A stretch of DNA of 63,337 nucleotides, the filler included, from Chiloscyllium plagiosum (taxonomy: Eukaryota): the NCBI RefSeq assembly GCF_004010195.1. It is 5 parts of one record of this genome, joined end to end, with 100 filler letters (N's around TTAATTAATTAA, not from the genome) between each part and the next. Parts side by side here need not be neighbours in the genome. Positions count along the whole stretch, not along the records: positions 34,411 to 52,998 come from NC_057713.1; positions 53,099 to 59,776 come from NC_057713.1; 3 more parts are not named here. One strand, 5' to 3'. A model generated the notes under the pieces. The model ran no database searches, was not told the origin of the DNA, and worked only from the letters and a program-made list of their open reading frames with translations. The position numbers were made by a program, and so were the translations under genes. Shown here in pieces: positions 48,728 through 59,876 of this stretch; position 1 is the stretch's first letter, and every line of letters starts with the position of its first letter.

Positions 48728-51429
48728 TAACAAACTCACAAATATCCACAGGAGGAGTGAGATCTTTGTCAATGTTAGTGAGGCACTCAGGCAAACTTTA
48801 GGAATTATCAGAAGTACAACACTGACGTTGACCTCCTACCAGAATGAAACGTAACAGGTCCAGACATAATTGGCAAATGTTCATAAAATTTTTGCTACCG
48901 TTTCTCAGCAGACAGGGCAAATTCAAGATGTCATCAGGGAAATCAAAGTGACTAATTGGTATGATGACTTCTGGACTGGGACTCAAACATGCAAATACAC
49001 TCGGGAGCACATCTGGCAGTGTTGCTCATCCTGTTTACTTTGATCTACCTCATCATCCTCACGGTTAAATTCAGCCGCAGGAAGAATGAACTCATCCAGC
49101 AAATAACATTTGATTCTATGTTCCATCAGCAGGAGCCAAGGAATTAATTAACCTGGACTGTGTGGTTAATATGTAAATCGAGACGATGTAAATTGTTGCA
49201 TGGTAGGAATTTAACCCTATCAAGTGCTGCTGATTGCAAAGAGGTTTGAGGGTGAGCCAGTGTGCATAAATAATGGCTAATACTCAACTTATGAATTAAG
49301 TTGTTTGTATATAGTAATGTTAAGCTTATTGATATGTGTAAGGATGATAGTTAGTATCACGAGTGTTAATGTCTCTATACAATCGGAAACCCAGATACTC
49401 AGGGAGCCAGGCTATCCATCTAAGATTTGAAACATTCCAGCATGAGGGCATTGTCTGATTTTGTGATCCCATTTTCACGAGATGCAAGGGATCAACAGAA
49501 CAGACTGTGATCAGGTGACCATAGGATGAAAATTGGACATTCTAAATTGACCCACAGCTAGAGAAATTGGATCAGACAAAAGATTGGCCAAACAAAATTC
49601 AACAGTAGCCAGTAGCTATCGGCTACAGAAAACCAAAGTCAAAAAGGTCACAAAAGTCCAGGAAGCATCAGCTAAAGTCAGCGTGAGGGTGGTGTATTGG
49701 CGTGAGGGAGAAGTATCGATCAGACTTTCTGGCACTTTGACTTCCAGCCAGCAACTGAGAACATGAACTTTACATCTCCCCGGCATGGCAACAGCGAAGG
49801 GTGTTGGCATCCCATTGGATGATTTGAATCCCACACATGACCCCATTGGCAAAGGTGACAGGACATTCTGGAAAGGCTGCAGCGAGGGGGATAAAAACGT
49901 ACATCTGGCAGTCACCCCCTCAGTGAAGATTCGCATCAAGACTCGTGGTGGAAGACCATGCAACAACCCAAGAAGATCCAGGAGAAGATTTGTAATGACC
50001 TGCAAGATCTACCTTCATGAAAGAAAGCCAGACCTACCTTGAAGAGGAAGGAGATTTCAATGGCCCAGCCAAATATGTGGATCATTGCTGGTGATATCCT
50101 TTCCCAGATGGATAGTGCTAGGGAGTAAATATCATGGGAATCTGGGAAATGCTCATGTGGCATTTTTACTAAGGAATATTTTATTAATAAAATCAAGTTG
50201 AATCACAAACTGAATTCTGTGTTCCTTTATCTGTCTCAGACAAGAGCTCTTGGGTAAAGTGTTTTCAGTACATAAACTGGTCAAAGTGCCCAAAGTACAG
50301 ACAACAGTGTGAATCATGGAGAGGAGCTTGAAGTTGATATGTCCCCACAATATTGATGCTGTTCGCTACCTAATGATAAAGAGTCACAGAGAGGAGGATG
50401 TTGTGCAAGAAAAATATCAAAGCAGGTTAATAATATCATAGGAATGGATATAAACAAAGCAACAGGCTTCATTTCTAAATGAATAGAAATCAAAATCAGA
50501 AAAGTTATGTGAAATCTGCTCAGACCAGATTTGGAGTAATGCAAATAGTTTTGGCCTGTACGGAAACAGAAGAACAAAAGCTCTGACATCTTCCCGCTCT
50601 GATCAAAGTCATATAATAAGCATTATGTGACATATTCCTCAAGCTGTCAAAGTGTTACAATTCAAAGTATTAACGATAGATGCATAAACAATTGAATGTT
50701 CAAGCAATCAGAGAACACCATATATCATATTAACATTGGAGGGTCGGTGCATTAACACCTGCAATGTCAGACTGTGGTAAAACACTTGTGAAAATCCCCA
50801 GGAGGTAGACAGCCCACTCTTCCTTTGTAAAGGCCAACTCCAATGTCTTTTCACTGAAGGGCAGCCTTTAGTAAAGTCATTTTGCAAATAATCTGTTCCC
50901 CCTCCATGGCCCAGGTTAAATTTCTTTCCCATCACCCTGCCTGAAGTGTGTAACACCATGGGTGACTTATTTTGTTTAAGGAGAATTTACTCCAACATTA
51001 GGTGTCCTTATTTAGAAAATAGCTTGCATCGAGATATTTGCTGCACAAAGCTTGCTCTCTGGTAAGGTAGCCAACATGTTATAGCATTAGTAGGTGTGAA
51101 TCCATCAAATAAAAATCAAACAAAATATCATTTGCACATTATTATCCAATAATTTGTGAATGGCATTTACTGATCTGACATTTTTCAAACAGACATTTCA
51201 AGCACAGTCAGAACCTTAAGAACAGGAACAGGCCATTGAGCCCTTTGAGACTGATCTGCTATTCCACAGGATCACAGCTGATCTGTATCCAAACTCCATT
51301 AACTCCCTTTAATTCCAATATCCTTAAGAAGTTGGCTAGCAAAATATTGATCTCAGATTTAAAATGAATAACGTAGCTATCATCAACTGTTTCTTATAAG
51401 ACACAGTTCTACATTTCTACAAACTGTTA

Positions 51430-52172
51430 TAGAGTCAGAGAAACATAGAAATAGACCATTCAGTACAACTCGTCCATGCTGACCAGATATCCTAACATAA
51501 TCTTATCTCATTTGTCAGCATTTGGCCCACATTCCTCCAGACCCTTCGTATTCCAGTGCTCATCCAGATGTCTTTTAAATGTTGTAATTGTACCAGCTTT
51601 CACCACTTCTTCTGGCAGCTCAGTCCATAGACGCACCATGAAAAAATTGCCACTTAGGTCCTTTTTAAATCTTTCCCCTTTCTCCTTAAACTTATGCCCT
51701 CTAGCTTAGACTCCCCCAACCTTGGCTGTTTACCTTATCCATGCTGCTCAAGATTTTACAAACCTCTATAAGGTCACCCCTCAGCCTCCAACATGCCAAT
51801 GAAAACAGCCTCAATCTATTCAGCCTCTCCCTATAGCTCAAACACTCCAACCACAGCAACATCCCTGTAAATCTTTTCTGCACCCTTTCAAGTTTAGCAA
51901 CACTTTTCCTATAGCATGGAGACAAGAAGTGAATATAGTATTCCAAAAGTGGCCTAACCAATGTTCTATACAGCTGTAACATGACATCCCAACTCCTCCA
52001 TTCAATGCACTGACAATAAAAACAAGCACTGTATACCAAACATGTTCTTCCCTACCCTGTCTACCTGCAATTCTATTTTCAAGAAACTATGTATCTGACT
52101 CAAGGTCTCCTTGTTCGGCAAAACTCCCCAGCGCCCTACCATTAAGTGTATAAACTCCGAGCTGATTTGCCT
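51430..52172 (-). mobile_element. HER1-like LINE 3' portion
   Basis: LYRTLVRPLLEY...LERVQKRFT on the minus strand. Confidence 0.88.
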
Positions 52173-52748
52173 TAGCTCTTGGGAAATAAGGCAGGGCAGA
52201 TGACTGAAGTGTCAGTGGGGGAGCACTTTGGGGCCAGCGACCATAATTCTATTTGTTTTAAAATAGTGATGGAAATGGATAGACCAGATCTAAAAGTTGA
52301 AGTTATATATTTGAGAAAGGCCAATTTTGACGGTATTAGGCAAGACCTTTCGAATGCTGATTGGAGGCAGATGTTCGCAGGTAAAGGGACGGCTGGAAAA
52401 TGGGAAGCCTTCAGAAATGAGATAACAAGAGTCCAGAGAAAGTATGTTCCTGTCAGGATGAAACGGAAGGCTGGTAGATATAGGGAATGCTGGATGACTA
52501 AAGAAATTGAGGGTTTGGTTAAGACAAAGAAGGAAGCGTAAGTTAGGTATAGACAGGATAGATCGAGTGAATCCTTTGAAGAGTATATAGGAAGTAGGAG
52601 TATACTAAAGAGGGAAATCAGGAGAGCAAAAAAGGGGACATGAGATAGCTTTGGCAAATAGAATTAAGGAGAAGCCAAAGGGTTTTTACAAATATATTAA
52701 GGACAAAAGGGTAACTAGGGAGAGAATAGGGCCCCTCAAAGATCAGAG
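52173..52748 (+). mobile_element. CR1/HER1 ORF2 endonuclease-linker fragment
   Basis: VGEHFGASDHNSI, RKANFD and KGFYKYIK motifs. Confidence 0.85.
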
Positions 52749-52998
52749 CTGAAAATGTGTTGCTGGAAAAGCGCAGGTCAGGCAGCCTCCAAGGAGCAGG
52801 AGAATCAAAGTTTCGGGCGTGAGCCCTTCTTCAGGAATCAGGAAAGTGTGTCCAGCAGGCTAAGTTAAGAGGTAGGGAGGAGGGACTTGGGGGAGGGGCG
52901 TTGCAAAAGGTGGAAGGAGGTTAAGGTGAGGGTGATAGGCCGGCGTGTGGGTGGGCTGGAGAGGTCAGGAAGAAGATTGCAGTTTAGGAAGGTGGTGC
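52744..52998 (-). mobile_element. Penelope-like element terminus (parent family of the 6485 element)
   Basis: Same terminus as 6485; hammerhead core at 52802-52839; truncated by the gap. Confidence 0.7.
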
Positions 52999-53098
52999 NN
53001 NNNNNNNNNNNNNNNNNNNNNNNNNNNNNNNNNNNNNNNNNNTTAATTAATTAANNNNNNNNNNNNNNNNNNNNNNNNNNNNNNNNNNNNNNNNNNNN
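52999..53098. other. Assembly gap with linker
   Basis: N44-TTAATTAATTAA-N44. Confidence 0.97.
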
Positions 53099-53733
53099 TG
53101 AAACTGGAGTCGCAGGTAGATAGGATATTGAAGAAGGCGTTTGGTATGCTTTCCTTTATTGGTCAGAGGGATTGAATTCAAGAGTCGTGAAGTGGTGTTG
53201 CAACTGTACAGGACTTTGGTTAGGCCGCATTTGGAGTACTGTGTGCAGTTCTGGTCGCCTCATTTTAGGAAAGATGTGGAAGCTTTGGAGAGGGTGCAGA
53301 GAAGATTTACCAGGATGTTGCCTGGAATGGAGAATAGGTCGTACGAGGATAGGTTGAGAGTGCTAGGCCTTTTCTCATTGGAACGGCGAAGGATGAGGGG
53401 TGACTTGATAGAGGTATATAAGATGATGAGGGGAATAAATAGAGTAGACAGTCAGAAACCTTTTCCCCCCGAGTACAACAGAGTGTTACAAGGGGACATA
53501 AATTTAAGGTGAAGGGTGGAAGGTATAGGGGGGATTGTCAGGGGTGGGTTCTTTACCCAGATAGTGGTGTGGGCATGAATGCGCTGCCTGTGGGAGTGGC
53601 AGAGTCAGAATCATTGGTGACCTTTAAGCAGCAATTGGATAGGTACATGGATAGGTGCTTAAGCTAGGACAAATGTTCAGCACAACATTGTGGGCCGAAG
53701 GGCCTGTTCTGTGGTGTATTGTTCTATGTTCTA
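53099..53733 (+). mobile_element. CR1 LINE 3' end, (GTTCTAT)n subfamily
   Basis: LYRTLVRPHLEYCVQFWSP; GTTCTATGTTCTAT tail. Confidence 0.9.
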
Positions 53734-55667
53734 TTAAAACAAGATGCCAACTGCATGTTTTTTCACTTGAAAATGTAACTTTGACTACTGGGTTGGTATG
53801 ATGATCAAAATTTCAAATTCTGTTTTTAATTACCCGGGAAATAATTATTCCTTCCATCGATGAGAGAATGACATCTATTTTGGAGAGTATTTGACTAGTT
53901 CGCCTTACGCAGACAGAATTGGCACAATCTCCCTTGTCAGAAGGTCCTTTGGTAGATAAATCAGAGTGCACCAACTTCATATCCTAGGTGAAAACATAGC
54001 AATTAAACAATCTTTGCTTTGAAAGCAAATGGAGAGCCAAATGATAGCAGTGAAAGCAATTTTTTAAGAAAATTCTCATTACATGTCTGAGGCAGCATTT
54101 AATGACTGAGAAATCAATCTCAACTCTTTTTATGAAAGCAGATGCTGTGCAATTGAATTACTTGCAAGTACACTTAAGAATTGGTCAATCAGTGAAAAAA
54201 CGGAGTTGCATACATGCCAGACTGGATAAAAGTGGCACACAATGACCATGAAACCACTACTGGTTGTAAGGAAAAACCTATCTGATTCACTCACATCCTC
54301 TAGGGAAGGGTAGAATCCAGTCTGACCTATGTGTAACTCCAGACCAACAGCAATATTATTGGCTCTTAACTGCCATCTGGGAAACTAGAGATGGGCAATA
54401 TATACCTGCCCAGCCATTGATGCTCACATCCCATTCATGGTTTGTTAAAAAATCCCATTGGTGAAGGCATTAGTGAATTACATAATTTATTTTCCTCTCA
54501 TCCAGTGCTAACTCACAAATTACCTAACCTAGTGAATTCAACTTCATAGCTTGCCATGGATAAATTTGAATTCATGATTTGCAAGTTGCTAGTCTTGTAT
54601 ATAAATACTAAAATACTGTGAATCCATTTAAACTAAGGTCATAATTATATCATTTTAACAGGAGTGAGTAAAATAACATGATAATTGTGCACAGTTCCAC
54701 CCAACCAGAATGATACCACGGTAAAGTGAATCAGCTACCATTAGAAAGTTAAAACGCCAAAATGAAAACACATTTTTAAGAACATTTTTTGCTGTTTAAT
54801 TAGTATAAAACTATAACTTTGAACCTTCCCGTGTTAGAAAATAACACCGAGTTCCACATAGCACATGGTATGGATGGGAACTTCATTACCGAAATCATCA
54901 AGTGGAGAAGGATCTGCATCTTGTTTTATCCTATGCATCACCTTTGGCATTTTTATGCCTTTTAATACTCTCGTCCATATTATTCTGAAAACAGTGTATC
55001 TGATTTTTAAAATGCAGACCCTTTCAGCTTCCTCTGCGGATAGATTCAAAATTCAAATGGCTGTATTTTATCCTATCTTAGGTCCTGCTGCTCTGTCAGG
55101 CATTGGGTCCTGGCTTCAGACACATGAGATTTAAAGTTGTTATTGTGGTTTTCAAATCTTTCCACAGCACTGCTCGTTAGTAAACTTCATTAAAACCTTA
55201 AAATAATTTTGCCAAAAATGCAGAGTCCTCCAAATGTGGCATTTGTCTACATCACACCACTATTATTCTACAACCCTACCACCCCCCTCAACCCCAAAAG
55301 AAGAACCCCTTCTACCCCTCCATCACTAATGGATCCTTCAGCTTCCCCAACCTACTCATTGAAAATACTTCATTCACCCTTCACCTTTGCAAACATCTCA
55401 ATAAGCCCAGTTTCATTCCATCAATCTTTTGGCCACCTCTCCCACATTAATTAGTTTGAAGTCTGCTCCTTTTCAGATTTCCCATATGTAAAACACAACA
55501 GGACAGCTTGTTACAGTGAAGATACAATATCGGTTGTTATGGTTGATTTCTTCTAACATTAGAAAAACAAACATTTTGAATAAAGTGTAAGGAAGGAGTA
55601 CATTAAACATCAACTGTCTAAAACCACCAGTTGTACTTCCTTAAAAGAAATATATTTAACATCTCAC

Positions 55668-55790
55668 CAGGATAATGTTAGCCAGCATTTTCATGCTTTG
55701 TTTGATTTCTTTTTCTCTCTTTTTGGAAGTGTCTTTCAATGCATTCATTTCTGTTTTCAACGTCTGCATCACAATATTGGTTTGCCTTTC
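55668..55790 (-). CDS. Candidate exon, coiled-coil-like (ERQTNIVMQTLKTEMNALKDTSKKREKEIKQSMKMLANIIL)
   Basis: 123 bp, phase 0-0; ttttggttag acceptor and CTG|gtgaga donor; in frame with 55889-55942. Confidence 0.6.
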
Positions 55791-55888
55791 CTAACCAAAA
55801 CACAATGTATTAAAAAAAAAGAGGAAAAAATGTAAAATTTGTTTACATTTTCCACATAACTTTGCTTTCCTTCTTGAATTTACTATAC

Positions 55889-55942
55889 TTCTTGGATTCC
55901 CTCTGCAAACAGAGCATTTATGTTCAAAATATTTCTGTGAAT
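55889..55942 (-). CDS. Candidate exon (IHRNILNINALFAEGIQE)
   Basis: 54 bp, phase 0-0; strong acceptor ttttgttttatcttgcag; GAA|gtatag donor; 98-bp intron to the next exon. Confidence 0.55.
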
Positions 55943-56582
55943 CTGCAAGATAAAACAAAATAGCTTAGGAGTCCTGTAAACATCCAGAGGTATTTGGAGT
56001 CAGACTCTTTCACTGTCGTTTAAAAGTGTAACATATTTCAAAATTCTATAGGGTTTCATGTTAATAATTGTCTATGTGCCAAATCCCAACATATTCCCCC
56101 ATCTTAAAAGCTCTTAAATATCTTGAAGGAAAGAAGTATTCCTTACAGTTCATTTCTATTCAGTATACAGCTTACTAACAACTTAACATGACTAATTGGT
56201 ATAAAATACCACTGTCCGTATGATAATTTCCTCATTAACGACAGGCACAAAAAATTCTAACTTAAATTTTTTTTTAAAAAAGTTCCTGTTCTGCCTCACT
56301 GCGTACGTAAGATAAATGGTACAGATCAAGGCTATTCAGCCCAACTTGCTCATGCTGAGTTTTATGTTATATTCTAACCTCCTGCCATTTTCTTGTTCAT
56401 CCAAATGGAATTCATTAACAAAGAAGCAGAGTCATTAAACAACCACTTCATGTTAGGAAGGCAAAGAAAATTTGTCTGAAACAACACAGAAGCATGAAGG
56501 AGTTTAGTGGGGAAGATGCTGGAGGGATATTTGCTATGGTTGAGGAGCTTATAAATAGGACCAGTCTTAGAATAAGAGGATG

Positions 56583-56679
56583 AGGTAAAAACAATAACTG
56601 CAGATGCTGGAAACCAGATTCTGGATCAGTGGTGCTGGAAGAGCACAGCAATTCAGGCAGCATCCAACTGCTTGAATTG
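56583..56679. mobile_element. 97-bp Penelope-like terminus with mini fold-back and 17-bp TSD, inside a CR1 fragment
   Basis: TSD CTTAGAATAAGAGGATG at 56566-56582 and 56680-56696. Confidence 0.75.
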
Positions 56680-57598
56680 CTTAGAATAAGAGGATGTCAA
56701 CACTAGAACCAAGATGGAGAAAAATGTCTTCACTTAGCAGCTTCTGACTCTTTAGAAATTCTCTATCACAGAGACCTGCGTAGTCATTGAATATATTCAT
56801 GATGGATACCAACAGAATTAAAGCGTACAGGATAGTGCAGGGAAGTGGATTTGAGGTACAGGTTGGTCTGCTGTAATGTGATAGTTGCATTCCTCTACAA
56901 CTTCATATTATAGAAAATCACACTATGTAAAACCACCAGGGAAAATAGCATGGAAGATTGCTACAGAAAACTGCTATGCCTTTTAGTAGAAAGTTCATGT
57001 TATTCAAATAGTGTCCACAATTCCTCAATCACATTACAGCTAATCCAATGACAAAACAGGCGTTGAAAAGACCTGTATATCAGTCTTATTGAATGGTAGG
57101 AAGAACTTGAAACACCGTTTAACCAACTCCTGCTTGTATTTATGCTTCAAATTTCAAAGTTTCATGCTAATCCTTGATTTAAATTTTGCTGCATTCCTCC
57201 ACAATTTCTCTGTGAGGTAAGTTTTCTGCAGGCTATGTTCCTGCTGAAACTGTCGACAACCAAGCCAGATGGATCTTCCCGAACTGATTTTAATTTAATG
57301 TGCACATCAAGTAATTTGCAGTTAAAACATGGGGGCTCATAACTGACATCCTGGCTGGGCAGACAAGCAGAACATCTGCCACAGTAATAACTTTGAAAGG
57401 ACCGCAGTTTGCGTTTTGGAGGGATGTAGCCATGTTCCATGGAGTCAAACAATGTTTTATCATGCAAGGATATTGAGGAGTTAAAAAACAGTAAATCGCA
57501 AAGAGGATTAGGAGACAGAACGTGGATTCTGGAAGTCATGCAGTACATGAACCACGTGTTGTGAGAGACAGTGATAAGGTGAAGCTTTCTTTGGTATT

Positions 57599-57725
57599 CC
57601 AAAGTTCTTATACTTTACAATCACCTGATGAAGGAGCGGTGCTCTGAAAGCTAGTGCTTCCAATTAAACTTGTTGGACTTTAACCTAATATTGGGTGTTG
57701 TCCAACACCGACATCTCCAAATCAT
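57599..57725 (+). mobile_element. Short Penelope-like derivative
   Basis: Same family as 43436; flanked by TTGGTATT repeats. Confidence 0.7.
57622..57656 (+). ncRNA. Minimal type I hammerhead ribozyme motif (intact)
   Basis: CAC-CUGAUGA-A-GGAGC ggu GCUCU-GAA-AGCU-A-GUG. Confidence 0.75.
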
Positions 57726-58209
57726 TTGGTATTTCACTCATTTTCCTCAAAGGACAATAAAAGAGAAGACACTGCATACATTGCTCACAGGAATTCTGAC
57801 AGGATGCAAATGATGACAGTACTTGTTATGAAAGTTGCAGATGCTTGGTAGCTAGCTTAAGTATGCATGTCACAAAGTCATTTCTATCAGACTGTTACAC
57901 ATTTACTTCTGCCTTAGGCTTTGATAACCCTAGTTAAAAATAATGAAAATATTGGCCTTTTACATTTCATGACATTTCAAAGCATTTCTCAGACAATAAT
58001 ATTACATTTTAAAATCCAGCCATGGTTTGGGAGATAAACACAGCAGCCAGCTTGTTCACAGCAAGCTCTCACAAATGGCAACGAGACTAATAGCCAATTA
58101 GGATTTGGCTTAACAACAGTGATAGAGGAAACCTTTGTTAGGATCCCAGCACTTCTGGGCTCATATCTGAATAGTGCCATAGCAGGCAGATAACATCATG
58201 ACCTAACCC

Positions 58210-58535
58210 AGAGGGGAGGTGATGGTCGAGTGGCAATATCACTGGACTATTAATCCAGAGACCCAGATAATGTTTGATTCTGCCATGGCAGAGGGTGGAA
58301 TTTGAAACCATTAAAAAAAAAACTGGAAGAAAGAGTCTAATGATTGTCAGAAAAAAACCCCACCGGACTCCCTAATACCCTTTAGGGAGGGAAATGGGCC
58401 ATCCTTACCTGGTCTGGCCTACTCGTGACTCCAAACACACAGCCATGTAGTTGACTCTTAACTACCTCTGGGCAATTGGGGAATAAACGCTGGCCTAGCC
58501 AGCAAGGCTCTCATCCCATGAGTGAATAAAAAAAA
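58210..58535 (+). mobile_element. Near full-length tRNA-derived SINE (third family)
   Basis: tRNA-like head, CCTTACCTGGTCTGGCC core, TGAATAAAAAAA end. Confidence 0.65.
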
Positions 58536-59089
58536 AACCTTGATTTAGCATCCCCCAACAGTGTTGTGCTTCCACACTACAGCATTGAAATATCAAGCTG
58601 GATCACATGTTCAGTTCCTTGAGGGATATTTGAAATTATGATTTTGTGACACAACTCATTAATTAAAGCTCCCTTACTTTTTCTTCCTCATGGAGCCTGT
58701 TGTGATGAATTACTATTTTTAATTATTGTATGCTATATGCCACCCTGTGAAAACAAGGTTTCTAAAGGTTTGCTACATTTGATTGTTCTAGAACATTAAT
58801 TATATTCAATTATGCAAAGTTATAAAGGAGAGGTCTGTTCCAAGGGTAACAATAGTCCATTCAGAAAAGTCTTGGTGTAACTGAAGAGACAAAGGTGACA
58901 GTGAGACAAGAAGCCAGTGTATATGAAGGACAGAGAGAGAAGCAGATTTCATGTAATGCAGGGCAGTTTTAGCCATTCTATTAACAGCAACTGAACTACA
59001 CAAGTCTGTAGCTGGGAGTCAGAGAAGTCTTGGAACAATTGAATAGCTCTGTGCAGTGAAAGCTCTGCTAAGTCCAAGAAATGGTTAAG

Positions 59090-59776
59090 GATTGGATTCT
59101 GGGTAATCCAAGATGGAGGACGGGAAAAATTTCTGGCTGTAAGAGCTGCTCCTTTTTTTGAGGTATTTTAGGTGTTGGAGGTGATTTCCTCAAATTCCAG
59201 GAGCAGCAATTACTGTTTTATATGCTGTTGCATTGTTTTGGAACTTTGGAAAAAAAAGTCAGAACAACAGCAGTTTTAAAAGGGAGAAGAGCAGACAAAG
59301 GAAGCACATGGTGAGGTCAGTGCAGGAGAGAGAGAGAGAGAGAAAAAACCTGCACAGTTACTGCCTTTTCTGTTTTTGAATTCATGTATCGCTGGACATC
59401 GGAGTACATCTGGGAAAATTAACAAACAGTGAAATTCATAACTAATCTTGGAGGAACTGTTGGATGAAGTTCACAGCACAGAATCAGATAAGTTAATTGT
59501 TTTTTAAGTCTGCCCAAGAGAAAGGCTGCAGTAGTGGGTACAGTTGATTCTTTCTTGATTATATATTTTTGGAGTTAAGTCTCTTGATTAAACTTTAAAT
59601 ATAAGCCGTAGCTATTAATTTAACCTGGGGCAGTGTTTGTAGAGGAATAAGACGGTGTTATTTTCTGGGTCTGTAGATTGTGAAGGAGCAAAAATGGCCT
59701 TTGCAGTGATATGTACTTCTTGTCAGATGTGGGAGTTTAAAGAGAGTTTAAGGGTTACTGCGGATTATATCTGCCA
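59090..59776 (+). mobile_element. CR1 LINE 5' UTR and ORF1 start
   Basis: ATG at 59694 gives MAFAVICTSCQMWEFKESLRVTADYIC (CR1 ORF1 zinc finger); truncated by the gap; 5' boundary approximate. Confidence 0.65.
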
Positions 59777-59876
59777 NNNNNNNNNNNNNNNNNNNNNNNN
59801 NNNNNNNNNNNNNNNNNNNNTTAATTAATTAANNNNNNNNNNNNNNNNNNNNNNNNNNNNNNNNNNNNNNNNNNNN
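59777..59876. other. Assembly gap with linker
   Basis: N44-TTAATTAATTAA-N44. Confidence 0.97.

Larger units (their letters stand above)
44350..50316 (+). mobile_element. Decayed endogenous retrovirus (pol-env-putative 3' LTR), lokiretrovirus-like
   Basis: RT QYVDDFLL (44485); LRSFLGLVGYC; degenerate RH/tether; second RH (QAAELVA, IHSD, WENKGFVMADGKP); IN WTDLQIDY and IDIFSKWVEAF; env-like region with TM helix (49010); LTR-like region ~49506-50316 with AATAAA. Confidence 0.7.

Noticed and set aside
54834..55049. Additional exon downstream of the coiled-coil pair
   Set aside because: The acceptor near 54986 is plausible, but two alternative frames and donors are equally weak, so no call can be supported.
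57162..57602. 146-aa Cys-containing minus-strand ORF
   Set aside because: No recognisable domain or clear splice boundaries; it starts at the edge of a PLE insertion.
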